Shown one piece after another: positions 9,676 through 17,398 of a DNA stretch of 64,000 bases. Source of the DNA: Verrucomicrobiota bacterium. Lineage in GTDB: Bacteria > Verrucomicrobiota > Verrucomicrobiia > Limisphaerales > JADLHS01. The notes beneath the pieces were generated by a model, which saw nothing but the letters and a program-made list of their open reading frames with translations, was not told where the DNA came from and did no database searches. Where the stretch lies: the NCBI GenBank assembly GCA_025350905.1, contig JANXWY010000096.1, positions 1,919 through 65,918 on the forward strand, read 5' to 3'. Both the position numbers and the translations under genes were made by a program. Each line of letters starts with the position of its first letter. The first letter of the stretch is position 1.

Positions 9676-9899
9676 CCGTTCGGTTGCCGACCCAAAAGTC
9701 GGCGTTACGGCGGGCGCACCGAACCACCGTCAGGTTTTGGAGTGCGTTCGCCCCTGCGGCGCTCTGCTGTAGCGCGCATGATTCCCGAGATCTAATCCGT
9801 GCCACCGTTGCGACTCCGGCTTCCAAAACACGGGACCGGTCGACCGCACGCCAGGACGCTACCGTGACGAAGTCGGCTTCGAATCAAGCCAAGCCTTCG

Positions 9900-10535
9900 C
9901 TAAGATTCCGCAACCTTGGGGTAGCCGGCGCACACAAAATTTCGGATCGCGCTCAGCTCCTCTTCGCCCGCAATGGTGTGCGGTTTGGCAAACTCGTGCC
10001 ACTCAATGGACAGGCCTGCCGCTTGCAATTGCGTGATCTGCCGGCGCGTGGTCGCGAACGGGACCACCGGATCAAACGTCCCGTGCGTGACGAGAAAGCG
10101 CTGGTGCCGCGCCACTGGCGAAAGCTCCTGCAAAACTTTGTCCGGTGCGAAAACGTAGCCGCTGATGCCAACGACCCCGGCCAGCCGGTGCGGATAATGG
10201 AGCGCCACGTCTATGGCCATCAGGCAACCCTGCGAAAACCCGCCGAGCGTCGTCTGGTCCGTCGGGTATCCGCGCGCGCGCAGATCCTCGAGCAAATCAA
10301 ACAGGAGCTGGCGACTGCGCAGCACACCGGGGGCTTGATTGCCGGTGATATCGTACCAGGAAAAGCCGCCGTAATAATCGTCCGGCGCATTGACCAGCAG
10401 ATAATTCAGCTCCGGCAGCCGTAGCGCCTCCGGCAGCCAGCGATAACCTTCAATGCTGTCGCCCAGCCCGTGGAGCATGATCAGTAGCCGGCGCGAGCTG
10501 CGTTCGGCGGCGGGAATCAATTCGGTGTGTAACAT
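9900..10535 (-). CDS. Alpha/beta hydrolase, phospholipase/carboxylesterase family
   Basis: 'LLIMLHGLGDS', nucleophile elbow 'GFSQG', 'THGTFDPVVP', C-terminal His in 'AKPHTI'. Confidence 0.8.
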   Translation of the reverse strand: MLHTELIPAAERSSRRLLIMLHGLGDSIEGYRWLPEALRLPELNYLLVNAPDDYYGGFSWYDITGNQAPGVLRSRQLLFDLLEDLRARGYPTDQTTLGGFSQGCLMAIDVALHYPHRLAGVVGISGYVFAPDKVLQELSPVARHQRFLVTHGTFDPVVPFATTRRQITQLQAAGLSIEWHEFAKPHTIAGEEELSAIRNFVCAGYPKVAES

Positions 10536-10647
10536 TGGTTCAGTTCCTAGGTGGATCGGCTCCCGTGCGCTGGAATCAACGGAGTCGGGCCAGGATTCAA
10601 TTTTCCCACTGCTCGCGAGTCAGCGGCGGAGGGACGCCGAACGTTGC

Positions 10648-12450
10648 TCATTTTGCCGGTTCGTACCACACCCCGCGTAGCCAATCAGCCACCAGGTTGA
10701 TTTGTTGCCCGGTTAGAATCTGCTTCTCGCCATATTGTGGCATCCGCTCGTTGCGTTCCCCATAGAAATCCGCGTGGGCCGGGTTCGTGATGAAGTTGAT
10801 GAGCCATTTGCGCGAACCGTAACCGGTCAGTTCCGGCGCCGTGGCATCCTCGTCCTTCGCGCGAAACTGATGACAATCCGTGCAGGCAAACTCGTCTCGT
10901 AACCAGCCCCGGCCGGCGGTAATGTCCGTCGCGTCCCGCTGGTCGGCGGCCAGTTGTGAGGTGAGTTGCGCCTCGGCGGACAGGGCGGCGATCACCTGCT
11001 GCAACTTTGCCTGCTTTTCAGGAGGATAAGCCGCGACTTTTTCATGAACGAACCGAGCCATCTTGCCCGTCTTGAATTTCGTCGCCCCGAAATAATTCGT
11101 CGAGTCAATCCGCGCCGGATCCAGCAGGCCGGCCAGCCATTCGCGCGAAGCGAAGCCCTTCAAATCCGAGGCCGATTGCACGTTGTTGGGTACTTTGCCC
11201 GTCCCATCCTCCCCGCCGAAGCGGTGGCAGCCCGCGCATTGCGCTGAAAAAATCTTTGGCCCTTGAGTCAGCGGATCATTGCGCAGCAAGGCCACCGCCC
11301 CTTCGGCCGGGATGCCGGCCGGCGCTTTCGCCAGCTCGCGCACCCGCGCCGCGACCACTTCCGCTCGCTTAACCGCCGTGAGATAAGTCGGGTTGTGTTG
11401 ATCCTCGCGCAGCGCCGCGAAGGTCAACAGGCCGGCGCCCGCGAGCAGACAACCTAAGAAGCCCAAGTTAAACCGATGCCCAAGTTTCCATTTCCCCAGG
11501 AAGGGCATCAGCGCGATGACCCCGAACACCAGGCTGGGAATCACGATGGCGCCCCAGATTTCCGTCTCCCCGGGAAAATATTTCAACAACTGAAACAGAA
11601 ACAGAAAATACCAGTCCGGCCGGGCCGCCGAGAATTGTTCCGACGGATCCGCCGGTGCCCCCAGCTCCACCCCGAGCGGACCGGGCGTCCCTAACAGGCT
11701 ATGGTGCAGGACAAAGAACAGCACCGTGGCCATGACCGCGAGGCAGGCCACCGCGTCCTGGAAGACCTGGTCCGGCCAGAACGGCGCGTCGCGTTTCCGC
11801 TTGGGTTCTTTCGCGGTGATCCCATGCCGTCGAAACAGCGCCACGTGGGCCACGACCAGCCCGGTCGTCACGGCCGGCAAAACCCCGGCGTGCAGCGCGA
11901 AGAAGCGGGTGAGGGTGTGATGTCCGTACTCGGACCCGCCGATGATGATTTTCTGCAGCGCCGGCCCGATCAACGGCACGATGGCCGTAATGTTCGTCGC
12001 CACCTTGGTGGCCCAATAACCTTTTTGATCCCACGGCAGCAGGTAGCCGGTGAGCGACATGCCCAGCACCAGGCCGAGCAGGGCCAACCCGAACCAGAAG
12101 TTCACTTCGCGCGGCGCTTTGTAGGCCCCGTCAATCATCACCTGCATCAGATGCAACACCAGCAACACGGTCATCACATGGGCTGTGTAGTGATGCAGCC
12201 CGCGCAACAGCCAGCCCCCGGTCATTTCGTCCTGGATGAAATAAACGCTTTCCCACGCGGTTTGCGAACTAGGGCTGTAAGCCATCCAGAGCGAAATGCC
12301 CGTGATGAATTGGGCGGCAAGGCAGAACGTCAGCGTGCTGCCCCACACGTAACGCCAGCGCGCGCCGCCCGGAATGTTTTCGTACAACGCCTCCTTCGCC
12401 AGATCGCGGAAGCCGACGCGGTGATCGAGCCAGTCGAGCAAGCCTTTCAT
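10648..12450 (-). CDS. Cytochrome bc-complex cytochrome b fused to a C-terminal di-haem cytochrome c domain
   Basis: N-terminal 'MKGLLDWLDHRVGF', conserved His-bearing helices ('LHHYTAHVMTVLLVLHL', 'FFALHAGVLP..VVAHVALF'), two CxxCH motifs (CAGCH, CTDCH). Start chosen at ATG 12450, which forms an ATGA overlap with the Rieske stop. Confidence 0.85.
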   Translation of the reverse strand: MKGLLDWLDHRVGFRDLAKEALYENIPGGARWRYVWGSTLTFCLAAQFITGISLWMAYSPSSQTAWESVYFIQDEMTGGWLLRGLHHYTAHVMTVLLVLHLMQVMIDGAYKAPREVNFWFGLALLGLVLGMSLTGYLLPWDQKGYWATKVATNITAIVPLIGPALQKIIIGGSEYGHHTLTRFFALHAGVLPAVTTGLVVAHVALFRRHGITAKEPKRKRDAPFWPDQVFQDAVACLAVMATVLFFVLHHSLLGTPGPLGVELGAPADPSEQFSAARPDWYFLFLFQLLKYFPGETEIWGAIVIPSLVFGVIALMPFLGKWKLGHRFNLGFLGCLLAGAGLLTFAALREDQHNPTYLTAVKRAEVVAARVRELAKAPAGIPAEGAVALLRNDPLTQGPKIFSAQCAGCHRFGGEDGTGKVPNNVQSASDLKGFASREWLAGLLDPARIDSTNYFGATKFKTGKMARFVHEKVAAYPPEKQAKLQQVIAALSAEAQLTSQLAADQRDATDITAGRGWLRDEFACTDCHQFRAKDEDATAPELTGYGSRKWLINFITNPAHADFYGERNERMPQYGEKQILTGQQINLVADWLRGVWYEPAK

Positions 12451-13001
12451 GCCACGGGGATTTTCGCCGCACTGCCCGCCTGGAAATTTCGGAACTTCAC
12501 CCACACTTCGTTGTCATTGCGCACTTCGACTTCCAGCGAATCCAATGCCCGCGGCGACGGGCTGGAACGATCCGCAATTTTTCCCTCCACCGTGAAAGTG
12601 CTATTGTGGCACGGACAGAGAAAACTCCCGGTTTCGGCCACGAAATCTACGAAGCAGCCCGCGTGCGGACAAACCACGTTGAACGCCTGCAGTTTCCCAT
12701 CCGCCAGCCGGCGGAGATACACCGCGCCGATCGGCACTTGGGTGAACTTGTTCCAGGCGTCGGTGCGCGTGGCCAGCACGGCGAACTTGTGCGGCAGGCC
12801 GTCGGCGGGCAACCCGTCGAGGGTGGTGACCGGCACGGCGCCGCTGGCGGAAGTTTTGCGGCGAAGCGGATCCAAGAGGACCGTCAGGCCGGCGCCGGCG
12901 GGAATCAGCGCCAGCACCGCCCCGATGAGGCCGGCGAGAAATTTTCGGATAAAACCGCGCCGCCCTTCGGCGACCGGCGGTTGGCCTCCAGATTTGTTCA
13001 T
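12447..13001 (-). CDS. Rieske [2Fe-2S] iron-sulfur subunit
   Basis: 'CPHAGCFVDF' and 'CPCHNSTF' cluster boxes. Tat-like 'RRGFIRKF' plus a TM helix after the ATG at 13001; the longer track ORF to 13196 has no support. Confidence 0.85.
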   Translation of the reverse strand: MNKSGGQPPVAEGRRGFIRKFLAGLIGAVLALIPAGAGLTVLLDPLRRKTSASGAVPVTTLDGLPADGLPHKFAVLATRTDAWNKFTQVPIGAVYLRRLADGKLQAFNVVCPHAGCFVDFVAETGSFLCPCHNSTFTVEGKIADRSSPSPRALDSLEVEVRNDNEVWVKFRNFQAGSAAKIPVA

Positions 13002-13357
13002 GTTTGATCGATCCCCAGTTGCAACGGTCCGACGTGGGCCTCTGGTCATGCGATGCGGGAAGATAAAAAGGTTCTCGGGAAAGGCAATTACCAATCGCAG
13101 GCGACAATCCCAATCGCCCGCGCTGTCGTGATCCGGGCGGGGCGGCCAAACTGCCCCGCGGGTCTGCTGGCATGGGAATCGGAACGCCGCGTTCACGCGG
13201 CAGTACGGGGTTGGACCCGTGGCAGCCGCCTAAAGGCGGCGTTCCGGTGGCAGGGCCAAGGCGCGGGGCGCCGCCCCCGGGGCGTGGATGCGGCCCATCT
13301 CCGGGTGGGGCAAACAAAATCATTTTCCTGTTGTCGGGAAAGTCCTAGTTTCCGCGG

Positions 13358-14194
13358 GTGAATCAAGTGGCGCTCATTACCGGCGCGTCCCGCGGGATCG
13401 GCCGGGGCATCGCCCTGGCACTGGCCGGGCTGGGGGAGGACCTCGTGATCGACTACGTGTGTCACACGGCTGCGGCGGAACAAACGGCCCAGGATTGCCT
13501 GGCCGCGGCGAGCGCGCAGGGGAAGCAGATTCGCGCCGAGGTTTGTCAAGCCGACATCAGCCAGAGCCGCGACCGGAAGCGGTTGCTGGAGTTCACCCGC
13601 GAAAATTTTGGCCGGCTGGATTTGCTGGTCAATAATGCCGGCGTGGCGCCGGAAGACCGCGCGGATATTCTGGAAGCCAGCGAGGAAAGCTTTGACCGGT
13701 TGATCGCGATCAACGTCAAAGGCCCGTACTTCCTGACGCAACTGGCAGCGCAGTGGATGATAGAACTGGTCGGGAAGCGTCTCGTTGCGTCCCCGCCTTC
13801 ACGGGACAGTCCGGGCCGCAGTGGAACTTCAGCCTACCGACCGAAGATCGTAACAATCTCCTCGCTCTCCGCCTATACCGCGTCGACGAATCGCGGAGAT
13901 TACTGCGTGAGCAAGGCCGCGCTCGCGATGCTCACCCCGCTGTTTGCCGCCCGCCTGGCGGCGCATGGCATCAACGTCTATGAAATCCGGCCCGGCCTCA
14001 TTGCCACAGACATGACCGAACCGGTGAAAGCGAAATATGACCAGCTCATCGCCGAGGGGATAACGCCCCTTCAACGCTGGGGCACGCCCGAAGACGTCGG
14101 CCGCGCGGTGGCCGCCGTTGCCAGCGACGCGTTTCCCTTCAGCACCGGCGAGGTCATCAACGTGGATGGCGGGTTTCACCTTCATAGATTGTAG
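13358..14194 (+). CDS. Short-chain dehydrogenase/reductase (3-oxoacyl-ACP reductase-like)
   Basis: '[15 protein letters not shown]', 'VNNAG', 'YCVSKAAL' (YxxxK). GTG start. Has an extra ~27-aa segment before the 'IVTISS' strand. Confidence 0.8.
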   Translation: MNQVALITGASRGIGRGIALALAGLGEDLVIDYVCHTAAAEQTAQDCLAAASAQGKQIRAEVCQADISQSRDRKRLLEFTRENFGRLDLLVNNAGVAPEDRADILEASEESFDRLIAINVKGPYFLTQLAAQWMIELVGKRLVASPPSRDSPGRSGTSAYRPKIVTISSLSAYTASTNRGDYCVSKAALAMLTPLFAARLAAHGINVYEIRPGLIATDMTEPVKAKYDQLIAEGITPLQRWGTPEDVGRAVAAVASDAFPFSTGEVINVDGGFHLHRL

Positions 14195-14280
14195 GAGACG
14201 ACGTGAGGGGTCGCTAAATTGCTAGTTTATGTCCGGCTACGAAAACCATTTGATTTGAGACTCGTTACCTCGTCTCCTAC
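14191..14280. repeat. Palindromic 'LLTSAAT-arm' repeat element, intergenic full copy
   Basis: Arms gtaggagacgacgtgaggggtc (14191-14212, includes the SDR stop TAG) and gagactcgttacctcgtctcctac (14257-14280) are imperfectly complementary across a 44-nt loop. Confidence 0.7.
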
Positions 14281-14291
14281 GAATAGAGAAC

Positions 14292-15713
14292 ATGCCCATC
14301 AAAATTGATTTCAAGCTCACTCCGAAGAAACTCGTGCCGCAAATCGAGCACGTATTCGAGTTGTCGGGCCCGAAAATTCTGAGCATCGAAAAATCCTGGC
14401 CGTCAAAGCTGGGGACGCCAGTCTTCACCGTAAAGGGCAAATACACTTCTCGCGGTTGGACCGAATGGACGCAGGGTTTTCAATACGGCTCAGCGCTGCT
14501 GCAGTTCGATGCGATGGGCGACGAACGATTTTTGGAAATCGGCCGGTGCGGGACGGTGGAACGCATGGCGTCGCATGTCTCACACATCGGCGTGCATGAC
14601 CACGGTTTCAACAACGTCTCTACCTACGGCAATCTCTTGCGCTTGATGCAGGCGGGGAAAATTCCCCACAACGCGGACGAAAAGAATTTCTGCGAACTCG
14701 CACTCAAGGTTAGCGGTGCGGTGCAGGCCGCGCGCTGGACGAAGCTGGCGGATGGCACGGGTTTCATTCATTCCTTCAACGGACCGCACTCGTTATTCGT
14801 GGATACGATCCGCTCTTGCCGGTCACTGGCCGTGGCGCATCAACTCGGCCACGTATTGATGGGGGAGCAGGACGCCAAAATTTCCCTGTGCCAGCGGCTC
14901 ATCGAGCACGGTGTCAACACCGCGCGCTACTCGGTGTATTACGGCGAGGGGCGCGATGCCTACGATGTGCGCGGTCGTACCGCGCATGAAGCGGTGTTCA
15001 ACCCAACGAGTGGCGTGTTCCGGTGTCCCAACTCGCAGCAGGGCTATTCGCCCTTCAGCACCTGGACGCGCGGGTTGGCGTGGGCGATCTGCGGATTTGC
15101 CGAGCAACTTGAATTCCTCCGGGCGGGCGGAGGCGGGATACGGTCGGACTTCCAAGGGGTTGGCGGGGCGGATCAGTGCCGGCAGCTATTCATTAAGGCT
15201 GCCACCGCCACCGCCGATTTCTACCTGACCAACTGTTCGGCGGATGGCATTCCGATGTGGGACACCGGCGCCCCAGGCCTGCATCATTTGCCGGGAAGCT
15301 ATCTCCACCAGCCGGCGAACCCCTACAACAAACATGAACCGGTGGACAGCTCGGCGGCGGTGATCGCGGCGCAAGGCTTGATGCGCTTGGGAAATTATCT
15401 GCGGGCGAGTGGTGACCCCAAGGCTGGCGCGCGTTACCGCCAGGCCGGACTTTCCGTGGCGCGCACCTTGTTCAGCGAACCCTATCTCTCCACCCACCCG
15501 AAGCATCAAGGCTTGTTGCTGCACTCGGTTTATCATCGCCCGAATGGCTGGGATTACATCGCGCCCGGCCAGAAAGTTCCGAACGGCGAAAGCTCCATGT
15601 GGGGCGATTACCATCTGCGCGAACTGGCACTGATGATTCTCCGCGAAGCGCGCGGTGAGGTTTATCTGACATTCTTCGGTGGGGTGCCGACCAGGTCGCA
15701 AGCGATGACGTGA
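14292..15713 (+). CDS. Glycoside hydrolase family 88-like (unsaturated glucuronyl hydrolase-like, alpha/alpha barrel)
   Basis: GH88-style motifs 'WTEWTQGFQYG', 'HDHGFNN', 'SSMWGDYHLRELAL'. Family call made from memory of motifs only. Confidence 0.55.
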   Translation: MPIKIDFKLTPKKLVPQIEHVFELSGPKILSIEKSWPSKLGTPVFTVKGKYTSRGWTEWTQGFQYGSALLQFDAMGDERFLEIGRCGTVERMASHVSHIGVHDHGFNNVSTYGNLLRLMQAGKIPHNADEKNFCELALKVSGAVQAARWTKLADGTGFIHSFNGPHSLFVDTIRSCRSLAVAHQLGHVLMGEQDAKISLCQRLIEHGVNTARYSVYYGEGRDAYDVRGRTAHEAVFNPTSGVFRCPNSQQGYSPFSTWTRGLAWAICGFAEQLEFLRAGGGGIRSDFQGVGGADQCRQLFIKAATATADFYLTNCSADGIPMWDTGAPGLHHLPGSYLHQPANPYNKHEPVDSSAAVIAAQGLMRLGNYLRASGDPKAGARYRQAGLSVARTLFSEPYLSTHPKHQGLLLHSVYHRPNGWDYIAPGQKVPNGESSMWGDYHLRELALMILREARGEVYLTFFGGVPTRSQAMT

Positions 15714-15738
15714 GCCGTCTCATTCTAAAATCAAAGTT

Positions 15739-15763
15739 GGAGCCTCGTTACCTCGTCTCCTAC
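15739..15763. repeat. Solo arm of the palindromic repeat family
   Basis: ggagcctcgttacctcgtctcctac; its last 20 nt are identical to 14261-14280. Confidence 0.7.
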
Positions 15764-15772
15764 AATTAGTTT

Positions 15773-17302
15773 ATGACGGATCCATTCAAGCTTGTTCGCA
15801 TTCCGTCGCTCAAGACCGTGGTTCACTTTCGCCAACACGTTGCATCGCTTGGTCTCGACTTGCCATGTGAAGATGAAATCGCCACCGGTAGCACGTCGCC
15901 GCTGGCGCAGCCGGTTGACGGTGTCACCATCAACGGCAAGCGCATTGGCAATCGCTGGGCGATCCATCCGATGGAAGGTTGGGACGGCACGACAACCGGC
16001 GGGATCACGAATGACGTGCGGCGGCGCTGGCAGCGCTTCGGCGAGAGCGGTGCGAAGTTGATTTACGGGGGTGAAGCCATGGCGGTTCGACCCGATGGAC
16101 GGGCAAATCCAAACCAACTCATCATTATCGAGGAGAATAAGGTAGGCCTCGCATCGGTGCGCGAGACCTTGGTCCAGGCGCATGCAGAACGCCACGGCCA
16201 GACGGATGATCTCGTCATCGGCTTTCAACTCACGCACTCGGGGCGGTTCTGCAAGCCGACGGACAAAAAGCGCATGGAGCCGCGCGTGGCCTTCCGTCAT
16301 CCGATCCTCGACCGCAAATTCGACGTCACCAGCGATGCGCAGATTTTCACCGATGCGGAGATGGAAGAACTGATTCAGTGCTACATCCGCGCAGCGAAGA
16401 TTGCTTGGGACGTGGGCGCGGACTTCGTGGACCTCAAGCATTGCCACGGTTACCTGCTGCACGAATTTCTCGGCGCGCACACGCGGCCCGGCAGGTTTGG
16501 CGGCAGCTTCGAGAACCGCACCCGGATCTTGCGCGACATTGTGGCGGGGATTCGCGCGAGCGGGAATCAGATTGAGCTGGGCGTACGCTTGAGTGCCTTC
16601 GACTCCGTGCCCTTCCAGCCCGACCCCGCGTGGTCGCAACCGGGCAAGCTGGGGCCGGGCATCCCGGAAGAGTTTTCGCATTGCCTGCCTTATCGCTACG
16701 GCTTTGGCGTGAACGCGAACAACCCGGTAGAATACGATCTGGCCGAGACGTTGCAATTCGTCGAACTCTGCGCGCAACTCGGGGTGAAGCTTTTGAATTT
16801 GAGCGCCGGCTCGCCGTACTACAATCCGCACCTCCAACGGCCGGCCGCCTATCCGCCGAGCGACGGCTACCAACCCGCCCACGATCCGTTGATTGATGTG
16901 GCGCGGCAAATTGAGGTTGTCCGCCAGGTAAAGCAGTATCTGGCCGTACGGTTTCCGGCGGTGGACGGCCAGGAGCAGCCAGCGGTCCGACCGCCGATTA
17001 TCATCGGCACTGCGTACAGTTATTTGCAGGAATACCTGCCCCACGTCGCGCAATACGTCGTGCGCCACGGTTGGACGGACATGGTGGGGCTGGGCCGTAT
17101 GGTATTGAGTTATCCGGCGATTTTGGCCGACGCCGTCGCGCACGGGACGTTGGCCCCGAAGCAGATTTGCCGCACCTTCAGCGATTGCACGACCGCGCCG
17201 CGCAACGGGATGGCTTCCGGTTGCTATCCGCTCGACAAATACTATTCTGCCAAGCCCGAGTTCCAGCGGTTGAAAGCCGTGAAGCGCAAAGTCGGGTCCT
17301 GA
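15773..17302 (+). CDS. NADH:flavin oxidoreductase, Old Yellow Enzyme family (long form with Cys-rich C-terminal extension)
   Basis: 'NRWAIHPMEGWDG', 'QLTHSGRF', 'DFVDLKHCHGYLLHEFL', 'DMVGLGR'. C-terminal 'CRTFSDCTTAPRNGMASGC'. Confidence 0.8.
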   Translation: MTDPFKLVRIPSLKTVVHFRQHVASLGLDLPCEDEIATGSTSPLAQPVDGVTINGKRIGNRWAIHPMEGWDGTTTGGITNDVRRRWQRFGESGAKLIYGGEAMAVRPDGRANPNQLIIIEENKVGLASVRETLVQAHAERHGQTDDLVIGFQLTHSGRFCKPTDKKRMEPRVAFRHPILDRKFDVTSDAQIFTDAEMEELIQCYIRAAKIAWDVGADFVDLKHCHGYLLHEFLGAHTRPGRFGGSFENRTRILRDIVAGIRASGNQIELGVRLSAFDSVPFQPDPAWSQPGKLGPGIPEEFSHCLPYRYGFGVNANNPVEYDLAETLQFVELCAQLGVKLLNLSAGSPYYNPHLQRPAAYPPSDGYQPAHDPLIDVARQIEVVRQVKQYLAVRFPAVDGQEQPAVRPPIIIGTAYSYLQEYLPHVAQYVVRHGWTDMVGLGRMVLSYPAILADAVAHGTLAPKQICRTFSDCTTAPRNGMASGCYPLDKYYSAKPEFQRLKAVKRKVGS

Positions 17303-17398
17303 GTGGTGAAGGACCGGAGTCGGGGGCGGGCGAAAGAATCTTTTTCTCGGCATCCCGCCCGGCATGGACTACAACACGCACTTCACGAGCCCGACTTA

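Noticed and set aside
11701-13131. 476-aa plus-strand ORF across the cytochrome b and Rieske genes
   Set aside because: It has low-complexity Arg/His/Pro-rich translation. The opposite strand encodes unmistakable haem-ligand and Rieske cluster motifs with ATGA coupling.
15731-17365. 544-aa ORF on the minus strand covering the whole OYE gene
   Set aside because: It is an antisense shadow ORF typical of high-GC DNA. It is Arg/Ala/Gly-rich with no motifs, whereas the plus-strand frame has clear Old Yellow Enzyme signatures.
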